Assembly: GCA_048884965.1 (NCBI GenBank)
Contig: JBHLQH010000014.1
Location: forward strand, 1 to 64,000
Source of the DNA: Candidatus Thorarchaeota archaeon
Lineage (GTDB): Archaea; Asgardarchaeota; Thorarchaeia; Thorarchaeales; Thorarchaeaceae
Direction: 5' to 3'
DNA: 64,000 nt
This document shows, piece by piece, positions 38,655 through 49,553 of the stretch (the stretch's first letter is position 1; each line of letters begins with the position of its first letter). The translations under genes and the position numbers were made by a program. The notes beneath the pieces were generated by a model. It saw only the letters and a program-made list of their open reading frames with translations. It was not told the DNA's origin and did no database searches.

Positions 38655-41560
38655 AGGCAGCGAAAACAACAAACCCAGATATGGACACCGAAGGTCCGAA
38701 GTCTATAGTGGTAGTCGGAGCTGCTGAGCATAACCTCCGGAATATCAGCGTTGAGATTCCGAAGAATAGCCTGACCGTTGTCACAGGTGTTTCAGGGAGT
38801 GGAAAGTCAAGCTTGGTCTTTGATACGATCTTCGCTGAAGGCCAGCGAAGGTTCGTTGAGAGTCTCTCTGCTTACGCTCGTCAGTTCCTCGGTATGCTCG
38901 AGAAACCAAAGGTAGACTTCATGTCAGGTCTCTCACCATCTATCTCTATTGACCAGAAGAGCGTCGGTCGTAATCCTCGTTCGACAGTAGGTACGATAAC
39001 AGAGATCTATGACTTTTTGCGTCTTCTCTATGCGCGTATTGGTGAGCCACACTGTCCTTCCTGCGGAAAGAAGATCGAACCTCAGACAGCTCAACAGATC
39101 GTTGATAGAGTCCTACAGTTGGATGAGACTACAAAGATTATGATCATGGCTCCCATCGTTCGTGGGCGAAAGGGAGAGTACCGGAAGGAGTTCCGGGACC
39201 TGCTTAAGAAGGGCTTCGTAAGAGCGCGAGTTGATGGCGAGCTCATCGATATCGTGGAAGGTATGTCCCTCGATCGGTATTTCGAGCACACCATTGAGGT
39301 CGTTATCGATCGACTCAATGTAAAGGATTCAGAGCGAGGAAGGATCTCAGAGGCTGTAGAAGCTGCGTTAGATATGGCTGAAGGTGTTGTCACCATCTCC
39401 ACGGATGAAAGGAACCTCACACTCTCAGAGCAGTTCGCTTGTGTGGATTGTGGAATAAGCTTGCCTGAGATGGAACCACGTATCTTCTCTTGGAACACTC
39501 CTCAAGGTGCATGTGAGAACTGCACGGGGATTGGCACGATTCGAGAGTTTGATCCTGACCTCTTCATCAGAGACCCAAAGCTCTCTATTCGTGAAGGTCT
39601 TTTTCTAACTGAGGAATGGAGGACAAAACGGTTCGTCGATGGCCGCTATGACAAGATACTGAAGAAATATGGTTTGACCGTCGACACGCCATGGAATGAG
39701 ATGACAGAGAAGCAGAAGAACATCTTGCTCTGGGGCTCAGGGAAGGAACTCTTCGAGTTCACCTGGGAAGGTGAGAATGAAGAGGTCTCTGCTCAATGGA
39801 AGGGAACGTTCAAGAGACCCTTTGAGGGGTGGGCGGAGCGTTCTACTCGACTCTACCGTCAGACAAAATCCGAGTGGCGAAGGAAAGAGATCGAGAAATT
39901 CATGTCTCAGCAAAAGTGTCCTGTCTGCAACGGTAGTAGGCTTCGAAAGGAAGCGCAGGCTGTTACTTTCAATGGTCGATCAATTTCTGATCTAGATGAT
40001 ATGTCCATCAAGGAAATGCATGAGTTCTTTGGCTCAGTGAAGATCGACCCTCGACTCGATCCGGTCGCACAACCTATCCTCAGAGAGATTCAGGGACGTA
40101 TCGAGTTTCTTGAGGAAGTAGGTCTCGAGTACCTTACTCTCAGCAGGACTGCTCCTACGCTTGCTGGTGGTGAAGCTCAGCGAATCCGCTTGGCAAGTCA
40201 GATAGGTTCGAACTTGGTAGGCGTCACCTATGTCTGCGACGAACCTTCGATTGGCTTACACGCTCGTGACAATATGCGATTGTTGAGGTCTCTCATGCGA
40301 CTTCGAGATGTTGGGAATACAGTACTGGTGGTGGAGCATGACGAAGAGACCATGATGCATGCTGACTACATTGTTGATCTTGGCCCAGGCGCAGGATCGG
40401 AAGGCGGTGAGGTTGTAGTCGCTGGTACTCTCGAAGAGATTCTCAAGTCGAAGAAGTCGTTGACTGCGAAGTACCTTCGTGGAGAAGAACGAATACCTGT
40501 CCCCGGGCAACGACGGAAGCCCAACGGTCGATTCCTTGAGATAAAGGGAGCCCGTCATCATAACTTGAAGAATTTGGATGTCAAGATTCCACTAGGATTA
40601 TTCATCTCCGTCACAGGTGTATCAGGGAGCGGTAAGTCAAGTCTAATCGTTGAGACGCTGCAACGAGCTCTGGCTCGGAAGTTCCATAATGCTGAGGCGA
40701 CTCCTGGCAAGCACGATAGCATCGAGGGCGTTGAGCAGCTCGATAAGGTAATCGTCATCGATCAGAGTCCCATTGGAAGAACACCTCGCTCAAATCCCGC
40801 GACCTATGTAGGTCTCTGGTCGCCCCTGAGGGATCTCTTCGCATCCCTCCCTGAATCTCAGGTCCGTGGTTACAAGCCAGGTAGGTTCAGCTTCAATGTT
40901 AAGGGTGGACGCTGTGAGAAGTGTCAAGGTGCTGGTGTTGAAATTATTGAGATGCAGTTTCTTCCTCCAGTACAGGTGACATGCAGTGACTGTAAAGGGC
41001 GTCGATACAACCGAGAGACCCTCCAGGTGCGCTATAAGGGAAAGAACATCGCAGACGTCCTATCCATGCGAATTGATGAGGCTACCATATTCTTTGAGAA
41101 CGTTCCGTCTGTCTACAACCGATTGAAGACACTATGTGATGTTGGCATGGGTTATGTACAGCTTGGACAACCTGCGACTACCTTGAGCGGTGGCGAAGCT
41201 CAACGAATCAAGCTAAGCAAATTCCTTTCTCGTCCTGCCACTGGCCAGACGTTGATACTCTTGGATGAACCGACCACTGGACTCCATTTCGCAGATATCA
41301 AGAAGCTGCTTGAGGTACTACACCGCCTCGTAGATCTCGGGAATACTGTGCTAGTCATCGAGCATCAATTGGATGTTGTGAAGACTGCGGATTGGGTGAT
41401 TGATCTCGGTCCCGAAGGCGGGAATGAAGGAGGTTATCTTGTTGCAGAAGGAACTCCTGAGGATATCGCAAATGCTCCTGAGTCATATACCGGGAAATAC
41501 CTGAAAGATCTCCTCGAAATGAAGGTTCCACTCAGTGTTCAGAGGAGGTCCACGAAATGA
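38651..41560 (+). CDS. uvrA: Excinuclease ABC subunit A (paralog 1)
   Basis: Two GVSGSGKS Walker A motifs, LAGGEAQR/LSGGEAQR, Zn fingers, IGRTPRSNPATY. Confidence 0.98.
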   Translation: MKAAKTTNPDMDTEGPKSIVVVGAAEHNLRNISVEIPKNSLTVVTGVSGSGKSSLVFDTIFAEGQRRFVESLSAYARQFLGMLEKPKVDFMSGLSPSISIDQKSVGRNPRSTVGTITEIYDFLRLLYARIGEPHCPSCGKKIEPQTAQQIVDRVLQLDETTKIMIMAPIVRGRKGEYRKEFRDLLKKGFVRARVDGELIDIVEGMSLDRYFEHTIEVVIDRLNVKDSERGRISEAVEAALDMAEGVVTISTDERNLTLSEQFACVDCGISLPEMEPRIFSWNTPQGACENCTGIGTIREFDPDLFIRDPKLSIREGLFLTEEWRTKRFVDGRYDKILKKYGLTVDTPWNEMTEKQKNILLWGSGKELFEFTWEGENEEVSAQWKGTFKRPFEGWAERSTRLYRQTKSEWRRKEIEKFMSQQKCPVCNGSRLRKEAQAVTFNGRSISDLDDMSIKEMHEFFGSVKIDPRLDPVAQPILREIQGRIEFLEEVGLEYLTLSRTAPTLAGGEAQRIRLASQIGSNLVGVTYVCDEPSIGLHARDNMRLLRSLMRLRDVGNTVLVVEHDEETMMHADYIVDLGPGAGSEGGEVVVAGTLEEILKSKKSLTAKYLRGEERIPVPGQRRKPNGRFLEIKGARHHNLKNLDVKIPLGLFISVTGVSGSGKSSLIVETLQRALARKFHNAEATPGKHDSIEGVEQLDKVIVIDQSPIGRTPRSNPATYVGLWSPLRDLFASLPESQVRGYKPGRFSFNVKGGRCEKCQGAGVEIIEMQFLPPVQVTCSDCKGRRYNRETLQVRYKGKNIADVLSMRIDEATIFFENVPSVYNRLKTLCDVGMGYVQLGQPATTLSGGEAQRIKLSKFLSRPATGQTLILLDEPTTGLHFADIKKLLEVLHRLVDLGNTVLVIEHQLDVVKTADWVIDLGPEGGNEGGYLVAEGTPEDIANAPESYTGKYLKDLLEMKVPLSVQRRSTK

Positions 41561-44406
41561 CAGGATACATATCTGTTCGCGGCGCTGAGGAGCACAATCT
41601 GAAGCATGTGAATGTCGATATCCCCCGAGACCGCCTGGTTGTCGTTACTGGACCGAGTGGCTCAGGCAAGAGCACATTGGTGTTCGATACGATCTTCGCT
41701 GAGGGTCAGAGACGATATGTCGAATCACTTAGCTCCTATGCACGAAGATTCCTTGGCAGACTCGATAAACCAAAGGTCGAGAAGATAACTGGCTTACCTC
41801 CTGCAATCTCCATTGAACAGAAGGGCCGAACGAAGAACCCTCGCAGTACTGTCGGTACCAGCACAGAGATTCATGACTACTTTCGACTGCTTTACGCCAA
41901 TATCGGAATTCCTCATTGTGTTCAATGCTCACGTCCTATGGAACAGCTAACCCCTGAGTCTGCAGCGCGACTGCTACTTCATGAGAATGGCGGACAACGC
42001 ATTCATGTCCTCGCACCAGTCGTCCGAGATGAATCGGGAAAGCATGAGGATGTGCTAGCGAACCTCCTAGGCAATGGTTTCGCTCGTGTACGAGTCGGCA
42101 GCGAGATTCTAGAGATAGAGGGTATCGAGATAGATGGTCGAAAGAAACATTCCATTGATGTTGTCGTCGATAGATTGGAGCTTGCTCAGAAGAATAGAGA
42201 GCGACTCATTGGTTCCTTAGAGACCGCTTTAGAGGTAGGGAACGGTATCGCGATCGTTCAGCGAGAGGGTACAGAAGACCTCACCTTTGCAGATCAATTG
42301 ATGTGCCCATATTGTGGCATTCAGTATGAGAAGCTCGGCCCCAAAGCCTTCTCGTATAACCGACCTGATGGAGCGTGTCCTGAATGTAATGGACTCGGTG
42401 TCACAATGGACATCAATCCTGAACTTGTGATATATGATGATGGGATGACCGCATGGGATTTGGCTGCGAAAGCATTCATGAATCGGAAATGGCTGATGAG
42501 GAGAATCGATGCGTTGGCTGAGGCTGTCCCCGAATTCGATCCATATATCCCCTATAGAAACCTCCCTGACAACATCAAAGAGCTCTTCCTTTGGGGACAG
42601 CCTGAAGTGCAAATCACCTTCATAGCAGAGAGTGAGACATCCAGATGGGAGGTTACACGCAAATGGAGTGGAGTTATGCCATGGCTAAGGACATCATTTG
42701 AGAAAGGTAATACTAGCACTAAGGCTTGGTATCGTTGGCAGGCGCAACAGATTGGTGAGAAATACGCATCTCGGACAACATGTCGATCATGTAAAGGTCG
42801 AAAATTGAAGCCTGAGGCACTGGCTGTCACAGTCGGTGACAAATCAATAGATGAAGTATCATCAATGACCATTGAGGCTGCTTACAACTTCTTTGACAAG
42901 ATTATACTGAATGAGCGAGACCTTCGTATTGCTGAGCTCGTATTGAAGGAGATCAAAGCCAGACTGAAGTTCCTTCTTTCCGTCGGTCTGGAATATCTGA
43001 ACCTCGATAGACTGTCCATGACCTTGAGTGGTGGTGAGAGTCAGCGTATCCGATTGGCTACCCAGATCGGTTCAGCTCTTACAGGCGTGTTATATTGCTT
43101 GGACGAGCCTTCGATAGGTCTCCATCCTCGTGACATCAATCGGTTGATAGAAACCTTCTACAACCTGCGTAGTCTGGGTAATACCGTCGTTGTGGTAGAG
43201 CATGATAGGGATACTATCGAGGCTGCCGACCACATAATAGACCTGGGTCCATTCGCCGGAGTGCATGGCGGTGAGATTATCACACAAGGGTCTCCAGATG
43301 AGGTGCTTTCGAATAGTGAATCCCTCACCGCTCAGTATCTCTCAGGCTCAAAACAGATAGCTATCCCTCGTGAGAGGCGGAAAGGGAATGGTCATTCCTT
43401 GAAGCTAAAGGGAGCGAAACAGAATAACCTCACCGGGATTGATGTGGATTTTCCACTTGGCAAGTTCATCTGTGTAACTGGCGTGTCAGGAAGCGGGAAG
43501 AGTTCATTGCTGAATGAGACCCTCTACAAGGCACTAGCCCGCGAGATGAACGGTTCCAATGTTACGCCTGGGAAGTATGACTCCCTTGAAGGAATAGAGC
43601 ACATCGACCGCCTCGTTCTTGTCGACCAGAGTCCAATTGGCAGAACACCAAGATCCAATCCTGCGACCTATACGAAGGTCTTCGGAGAAATCAGAAACCT
43701 GTTTGCGATGATGCCTGAAGCAAAGACACGAGGGTATGGTCCGGGCCGTTTCAGCTTCAATACGCGGGAAGGAAGGTGCGAGAAGTGTCAGGGAAGTGGA
43801 GTGCTCCAGGTGGAGATGCATTTCATGTCTGATGTATTCATTCAATGTGATGTCTGCAAGGGCAATCGTTTTGATCGAGAGACCCTTGAAATCGCTTACA
43901 AGGGCAGAAACATCACACAGGTACTATCTATGACGATTGAAGAGGCACTCTTCTTCTTTGGTGAGATTCCAAAAATCGCTGACAAGCTCAGGACTCTGAT
44001 TGACGTTGGCCTAGGATACCTGCAGCTTGGACAGCCTGCGACCCAATTGAGTGGCGGTGAAGCTCAGCGGATGAAACTGGCATCCGAACTTTCACGGCGA
44101 AGCACTGGAAACACGCTCTATATTTTGGACGAGCCGACTACTGGGTTATCAGCTTCAGACGTTGACACACTCTTGAAGGTAATCAATCGCCTACTTGAAT
44201 CTGGCAATACTGTGATCATGATCGAACACAATCTCGAGGTCATCAAGACCTGCGATTTCATTGTAGATCTTGGTCCTGAAGGAGGCGACAAGGGCGGGAA
44301 GCTAGTTGCAACAGGAACTCCGGAGGAAGTTGCAGACATAACGAGGTCCTATACTGGGAATCACTTACGAACTGCACTCTATAGTCCCAATGCAAAGTAC
44401 GAGTAG
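41557..44406 (+). CDS. uvrA: Excinuclease ABC subunit A (paralog 2)
   Basis: GPSGSGKS and GVSGSGKS, LSGGESQR/LSGGEAQR, Zn fingers; UvrB-binding region retained. Confidence 0.97.
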   Translation: MTGYISVRGAEEHNLKHVNVDIPRDRLVVVTGPSGSGKSTLVFDTIFAEGQRRYVESLSSYARRFLGRLDKPKVEKITGLPPAISIEQKGRTKNPRSTVGTSTEIHDYFRLLYANIGIPHCVQCSRPMEQLTPESAARLLLHENGGQRIHVLAPVVRDESGKHEDVLANLLGNGFARVRVGSEILEIEGIEIDGRKKHSIDVVVDRLELAQKNRERLIGSLETALEVGNGIAIVQREGTEDLTFADQLMCPYCGIQYEKLGPKAFSYNRPDGACPECNGLGVTMDINPELVIYDDGMTAWDLAAKAFMNRKWLMRRIDALAEAVPEFDPYIPYRNLPDNIKELFLWGQPEVQITFIAESETSRWEVTRKWSGVMPWLRTSFEKGNTSTKAWYRWQAQQIGEKYASRTTCRSCKGRKLKPEALAVTVGDKSIDEVSSMTIEAAYNFFDKIILNERDLRIAELVLKEIKARLKFLLSVGLEYLNLDRLSMTLSGGESQRIRLATQIGSALTGVLYCLDEPSIGLHPRDINRLIETFYNLRSLGNTVVVVEHDRDTIEAADHIIDLGPFAGVHGGEIITQGSPDEVLSNSESLTAQYLSGSKQIAIPRERRKGNGHSLKLKGAKQNNLTGIDVDFPLGKFICVTGVSGSGKSSLLNETLYKALAREMNGSNVTPGKYDSLEGIEHIDRLVLVDQSPIGRTPRSNPATYTKVFGEIRNLFAMMPEAKTRGYGPGRFSFNTREGRCEKCQGSGVLQVEMHFMSDVFIQCDVCKGNRFDRETLEIAYKGRNITQVLSMTIEEALFFFGEIPKIADKLRTLIDVGLGYLQLGQPATQLSGGEAQRMKLASELSRRSTGNTLYILDEPTTGLSASDVDTLLKVINRLLESGNTVIMIEHNLEVIKTCDFIVDLGPEGGDKGGKLVATGTPEEVADITRSYTGNHLRTALYSPNAKYE

Positions 44407-45039
44407 CTACTTCGAATAATCCAATACAAACTCACTCCACTTCTGTCGCAGCCTCTGATATTGATCATCTCTTGTAAGCGCTGCCTCTCTCATCAATCTC
44501 GAGGCATCCTCTTGTTGTTGCTTTGGTAAAAGGTTCCATGCTTCTGCATCCTCAATAGTGACCTTAGCGCTAATTGTATTCTCCCGCTCTACCAATTTTC
44601 TCAGGAGTTCAATAGCTTCCTCTGTTTTATCACTGGGAATAATGACGCCATAGACTGAGAGTGAAGAGATGATGCTTCGAAGTCTGTCCTCAGCATAGTC
44701 CCTGACCCCATCACCACTTTTCATCATATCAGTGATCCCAAGTCGATACTCTCTGGCTGTAGCCCTGTAGTATCTTTGAACTATACCAGTATTTGTCTTC
44801 TCAGTCCTGACCTGTCGAACGAGTCCTGCATCCTTCAATCTATCAATGTGGCGCAAGACATTTCCGGGATTCTTTCCTATCGCATCTGCAAGCTGTTTGA
44901 CTGTCATCGCTTCGTTCACGAGATATTTGAAGACCAGAACTGCCCTGGTCTTGTCAAATAGAACCTTGATGGTATTGGGATCCGAGATTATCTCTAGATC
45001 TTTCATTTGCAGTGAAGTGTCTTTAGGTGTCATGTTCAA
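44407..45039 (-). CDS. ArsR-like winged-helix regulator
   Basis: MTVKQLADAIGKNPGNVLRHIDRLKDAGLV...YYRATAR. Confidence 0.92.
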   Translation of the reverse strand: MNMTPKDTSLQMKDLEIISDPNTIKVLFDKTRAVLVFKYLVNEAMTVKQLADAIGKNPGNVLRHIDRLKDAGLVRQVRTEKTNTGIVQRYYRATAREYRLGITDMMKSGDGVRDYAEDRLRSIISSLSVYGVIIPSDKTEEAIELLRKLVERENTISAKVTIEDAEAWNLLPKQQQEDASRLMREAALTRDDQYQRLRQKWSEFVLDYSK

Positions 45040-45944
45040 GGTTCCTCCTTTGGTTCCGAAACTTGCTCTTCTGATGTATTTGGGTCAGAGATGAGTAGGT
45101 AGGTCCGAGAGGTTGCAAGGATATGAATAGGTAAGATGATCAATACTGTGATCGCTAGGACGAGAAGTGCATAGATGGATCCCTCTAAAGTGTCTAAGAA
45201 TTCTGATCCCATAACAAGATCAATGAATGGCGGTACAATAAGCAACATTTCGATGGAGATGAAGCTAAGCCATATGGAGAATACTGCGTCAGATCTTCTT
45301 ACACCTAGTGATACGGAGTTCTTGAGTGCTGCGGGAATTGACATACCGTCAATGATGCTAGGGAATGTCATCGAGAGTAACCCCGCACCTAGAATGAACC
45401 ATATGAAAGCAAGTGTTATCAACAAAGACAAGACGGGATCTCCTATCGGATCAGAGTGAAAGTACCATGTTCCGAAGATGTATTCCAATCCAATGGGGGC
45501 GAAAAGTAGGACGAATTGGATTATCCCTCCTCCAGCAAGAGAGAGGAATTTCCTTTTGAACCATATCAACACGCCTTCTGCTTCCGTTCCCCCACTCTCC
45601 AGCAATTCTTGTCCTATACCAAATAACGCTCCGAATCCTATCAAGAGTGGAGCTACTAGCAGACCAATGAAAACCAAAACAATACCAAGTCTACCAATCT
45701 CAGTCGAATCAGTAATCAGCTCGCCAATGACCTCGAAGATTCCAAAGGGGATGTCGATTGGACCGACAACCATTGAGAGATGCAGTGACACGATTAGAGT
45801 GCCTGCAAGGAAGATAACAATAGAAACCACTGCAACTCCCAGGAGTGCTAAGAAGAACGAAAGATAGTTCCTGATCGTGAATCTTGTTGCAACCCGTATT
45901 GTTTCAACATATTCTCCAAATGTCCACTTCTTCAGATCTAACAC
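45036..45944 (-). CDS. Multi-pass membrane protein (~6 TM)
   Basis: Hydrophobic segments; GMSIPAALKNS motif; overlaps both neighbours. Confidence 0.85.
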   Translation of the reverse strand: MLDLKKWTFGEYVETIRVATRFTIRNYLSFFLALLGVAVVSIVIFLAGTLIVSLHLSMVVGPIDIPFGIFEVIGELITDSTEIGRLGIVLVFIGLLVAPLLIGFGALFGIGQELLESGGTEAEGVLIWFKRKFLSLAGGGIIQFVLLFAPIGLEYIFGTWYFHSDPIGDPVLSLLITLAFIWFILGAGLLSMTFPSIIDGMSIPAALKNSVSLGVRRSDAVFSIWLSFISIEMLLIVPPFIDLVMGSEFLDTLEGSIYALLVLAITVLIILPIHILATSRTYLLISDPNTSEEQVSEPKEEP

Positions 45945-47836
45945 ATCCCTCTGTTTGAATCATCACTAGCTAATGTTCGTGCATACCATCTTCGAGAGTA
46001 CGTCATGGAATTAGTCGATACCTGACATTGAATTCTCCTGTATTTGACGATAACCACAGTTGCAATGACAATTATGGCAGGTAGGCCAAGAATCGTGATG
46101 AAGAATGGCAGTTGTGAATAATTGGGAATCAATCCTTCACTAAAAGAATAATCCAGAAGGACATTTGGAATCTCATCCTCTGAGAAAACATCATAGTATT
46201 CCGTTGGTGTGTTAGGTGAGATCACACTGGTAATAATGTACACTTCCTCGATATTACTCCCTTCCACATATTCAGAGAATGAACCTGCTATTGAATAGTG
46301 GATTGACTGCTTGACTGTCCATCCTTCAACATCCCGAATAGCAATCACAATTCCCATGGCATTTGGCCAGGGATTCTCGATCTCAAAGGTGAAATTGGAT
46401 TCAGGTGAATAGATTTTCTTTACATGCATACCGTAGAGGTTATGTCTTACATCTTCTCTCTCGACTGGCCAGTCGCCAAAATATGTAGTATGCGTTTGGA
46501 TGGTATAGTCTTGAGTTTCAAACCCATACCTACCATCCTCGATGTCAGGATTATCGAGCACACAAGCAGTGATCCAATCTAGGTACACATCATTGAATGA
46601 TAATGATTGATTTGCATCAGCTAATGCTTTCTCTACTGCATAGGCTGCATCCTCTTCTAGTGCAACTAATCCCTTAACAAAATCGACGCCGAATCTTTCT
46701 GCAAGATAGGTGACAAAGAGATATGCCTGTCCATAGCTTGCATCCCAAAACCTACTGTAGAACCTATTGAAGTGGAGTAAGGACACCTGTGGGCGAAGTG
46801 TGTACGAAGTAGTTACAGCATCCGTAATGTAATACCAATATCCTGCATAATCAATTGCATAGTTCGCTAGTCCTTCCGTCAAGAAGTCAGCTTCATCGAA
46901 CTCATTATTATCCCAAATCAGATGATTGAACTCATGGATAGTAAGGCAGATTGTTTCATTCATATCCTTCTCCGAATCCACATAGACCATCTCACGTTGA
47001 TTTGAGCGGGAACCCGGAAGTTCATTTCTGATCTCATGAGTACCTAAGTATGCTTGCCCCATTGTTCGTACCAACGGACATAGGTACACGGTCACTCTTG
47101 GATCACTGTCAATGTCACCTAAAGTGCCATCAGGATGCCCAGCTACTTCGACGCCTTTTGGATAGATGATTTCATCAAATGCAATCTGCAACTCTTCGCA
47201 TTTGGAGAATGCGTTTTCCTCCCCGAGTAACTCGATCGATGAATTAGCCATATACACGTAACATGTGCTTCCGACCGCAAGTAGCGTGCCTAATGTCTGT
47301 ATGGATCCCTCCAAGCTTGGTGTCCAGAAGACTACTTGGTTGCCAATACTCTCAGGTTCCTGAGCGATTTCATGTGAGATGTTCTTTGTCGTATCTACTA
47401 CTAGTGACTCACTCTCTAGAGAGAACGGAACATACACGTGAACCACCTTCCTCTTCATATATCCATCTAAGAAGCGGAGAGTAAATTGATATCCCGTACC
47501 TGATTCGAAGTTTCCATGTATATCTAATAACATGTATCCGTTAAACCATTCTTCAAGTGCATTATTGCCTGTGACATTACTTATCGCTTCTAAATTCTCG
47601 ATTACTGGGTCACACTCAACCGCAACTAGTTTCAAATCATCTGAAAATGGGCTGAAGACCGCATCGATTTGAATTAGACCGCTTACCATATAGGAACATC
47701 CGACTGATAGGCATTGGATTTCAGAATCGTTCTCAAACATCGGCATAAGCCATACTGCCGCAATAATGCTACTACAAACCAATAGAACGCTGATTCCAGC
47801 AACGACTTTTCTTGATGCAGTGATCCTACTTGTCAA
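45938..47836 (-). CDS. Membrane-anchored zinc metalloprotease (M30-like), paralog A
   Basis: GDIDSDPRV, HEFNHLI...FLTEGLA; N-terminal signal and C-terminal TM; GGTGGTG RBS before TTG 47836 (track start 47863). Confidence 0.87.
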   Translation of the reverse strand: MTSRITASRKVVAGISVLLVCSSIIAAVWLMPMFENDSEIQCLSVGCSYMVSGLIQIDAVFSPFSDDLKLVAVECDPVIENLEAISNVTGNNALEEWFNGYMLLDIHGNFESGTGYQFTLRFLDGYMKRKVVHVYVPFSLESESLVVDTTKNISHEIAQEPESIGNQVVFWTPSLEGSIQTLGTLLAVGSTCYVYMANSSIELLGEENAFSKCEELQIAFDEIIYPKGVEVAGHPDGTLGDIDSDPRVTVYLCPLVRTMGQAYLGTHEIRNELPGSRSNQREMVYVDSEKDMNETICLTIHEFNHLIWDNNEFDEADFLTEGLANYAIDYAGYWYYITDAVTTSYTLRPQVSLLHFNRFYSRFWDASYGQAYLFVTYLAERFGVDFVKGLVALEEDAAYAVEKALADANQSLSFNDVYLDWITACVLDNPDIEDGRYGFETQDYTIQTHTTYFGDWPVEREDVRHNLYGMHVKKIYSPESNFTFEIENPWPNAMGIVIAIRDVEGWTVKQSIHYSIAGSFSEYVEGSNIEEVYIITSVISPNTPTEYYDVFSEDEIPNVLLDYSFSEGLIPNYSQLPFFITILGLPAIIVIATVVIVKYRRIQCQVSTNSMTYSRRWYARTLASDDSNRGMC

Positions 47837-47878
47837 AATGGTTACACCACCATTCCGATACACGATTGCAGAATATAA

Positions 47879-47905
47879 AAACGTTTGCTATAAGCGCAAA
47901 CGTTT
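47879..47905. promoter_or_regulatory. Palindromic operator upstream of protease A
   Basis: AAACGTTTGC-tataagc-GCAAACGTTT abutting a minus-strand TTTTATAT box. Confidence 0.8.
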
Positions 47906-47991
47906 GTGATGATTACGATAATTAATGATGTTCTAGGAATCTCTTGGCCTATAATGTCGCAATCAGATTTCTTCGGAATGATACTAAGGCT

Positions 47992-49515
47992 TCATCGTTG
48001 GGTACTCTTGCGTCTAAGGTGGATGGCTATTGCCAATACAGCTATTGCTGATACTCCCGAAATCGATAGAATAAAGATTGTCAGTCCTGAAGAATCGGAT
48101 TGGATTCCCTCTAGTATACGATAATCCAAGTCCACAGATGGAATTTCATCAAGATCATAGACATCTCCATATTCTGTTGGTGTGCCATCTGACATAAGGG
48201 AGACTATGAAATAGACCTCTTGTACGTTGGTACCCTCAATGTATTCTGTTATCTCCATCGCAAATTCGGAATGAAGGGTTTGAGTAACGTGCCATCCTTC
48301 ATCATCTAGAAAAGCTGTTGCGATTCCAAGTATCCTTGATGGAGTATTCTCAATCTTGAGTGTCATCTGGTCTAGAGGCGAGTATAGCTTTCTTGCGTGA
48401 ATACCATAGTAATTGAATGTAATATCTGATTTTTCGATTGGGTAGACAGCGCCAATGGAATCTTGGTAATCAATAGTATAATTCACGGATGTGAATCCGT
48501 AGATGCCTTCATAGATATCTGGATTATCTAATGTGATTGCAACAATCCAATCAAGATAGACATCGTTGAAAGTCAAGTCATATCCTCCATTAGATAGTGC
48601 TACATCGACTGCGATAGCTCCGTTCTCGGGAATAGACACGAGACTCTTGACAAAATCAAACCCAAATCGCTCATACAGATAGAGCATAAAGAGATATGAT
48701 TGTCCATAACTCACATCCCAATAGAAATCACTTGAGATTCTGTTAAAGTATAACAGCGAAGACTGTGAATTCTCTGTGTATTTAATTACCTGCCTATCTA
48801 CCATCGTGGACCAGTATCCAGCATATAGGACTGCCAGATTTGCGAGGCCCTCTACGAGAAAGTTTGCCTCATCCAACTCGTGGTTGAACCATATTAGATG
48901 ATTGAATTCATGAAGGGCGAGGCATACCATTTCATCGATACTCCACATTGCATCAATCAGGAACATTTCCCTATAGTTAGAGTATGGTCCTGGCAAGTCA
49001 TTCCTGAAATCATAGTACCCGCCGATGAGATGCTCACGAAATGGTCCAAGAAGCATCGTGACTTTGGGATCTCCGTCAATGTCTCCGAGAGAGCCATCTG
49101 GATTGCCAGCAAGCTCAATGTCCTTTGGATAAATGATGGTATCAAATGCTTCTCTTAGTTCATCGCACCTTGAGATCAAGTTTGATTCTCCTTGAGCCTC
49201 AATGCATGAGTTTTCCATGTATACATAACAATGAGTTCCAACAGATAGTAAAGTCGCGAGTATTTGTTCTTCTCCTTCGGGATACGGTACCCAGAAATAT
49301 TGTTGGTTTCCAAATACTTCAGATGCCTTTGTAATATCCTCGATTGGAGCAGGAAGGGGTCCCACCTCAGGAACCCCCATTTGAGCATGGCTAATTGTAA
49401 GCCAAGAATTGGAGTTAGAAGAAAGGTTAGAAGGAATATAACCCAGACCAATCAAGACTAGTACTACGACAGTCAGCACACCGTGCTTACTGATGCCGAA
49501 TCCTATTCGATTCAT
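47992..49515 (-). CDS. Membrane-anchored zinc metalloprotease (M30-like), paralog B
   Basis: GDIDGDPKV, HEFNHLI...FLVEGLA; signal peptide and C-terminal TM. Confidence 0.88.
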   Translation of the reverse strand: MNRIGFGISKHGVLTVVVLVLIGLGYIPSNLSSNSNSWLTISHAQMGVPEVGPLPAPIEDITKASEVFGNQQYFWVPYPEGEEQILATLLSVGTHCYVYMENSCIEAQGESNLISRCDELREAFDTIIYPKDIELAGNPDGSLGDIDGDPKVTMLLGPFREHLIGGYYDFRNDLPGPYSNYREMFLIDAMWSIDEMVCLALHEFNHLIWFNHELDEANFLVEGLANLAVLYAGYWSTMVDRQVIKYTENSQSSLLYFNRISSDFYWDVSYGQSYLFMLYLYERFGFDFVKSLVSIPENGAIAVDVALSNGGYDLTFNDVYLDWIVAITLDNPDIYEGIYGFTSVNYTIDYQDSIGAVYPIEKSDITFNYYGIHARKLYSPLDQMTLKIENTPSRILGIATAFLDDEGWHVTQTLHSEFAMEITEYIEGTNVQEVYFIVSLMSDGTPTEYGDVYDLDEIPSVDLDYRILEGIQSDSSGLTIFILSISGVSAIAVLAIAIHLRRKSTQR

Positions 49516-49553
49516 ATCCTTCCACCACCTCTTGGATACGAATGGTGAGTTTT

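Noticed and set aside
38651-44406. Tandem uvrA as an assembly duplication artefact
   Set aside because: The copies differ throughout in protein and DNA sequence and have clean 4-bp coupled junctions.
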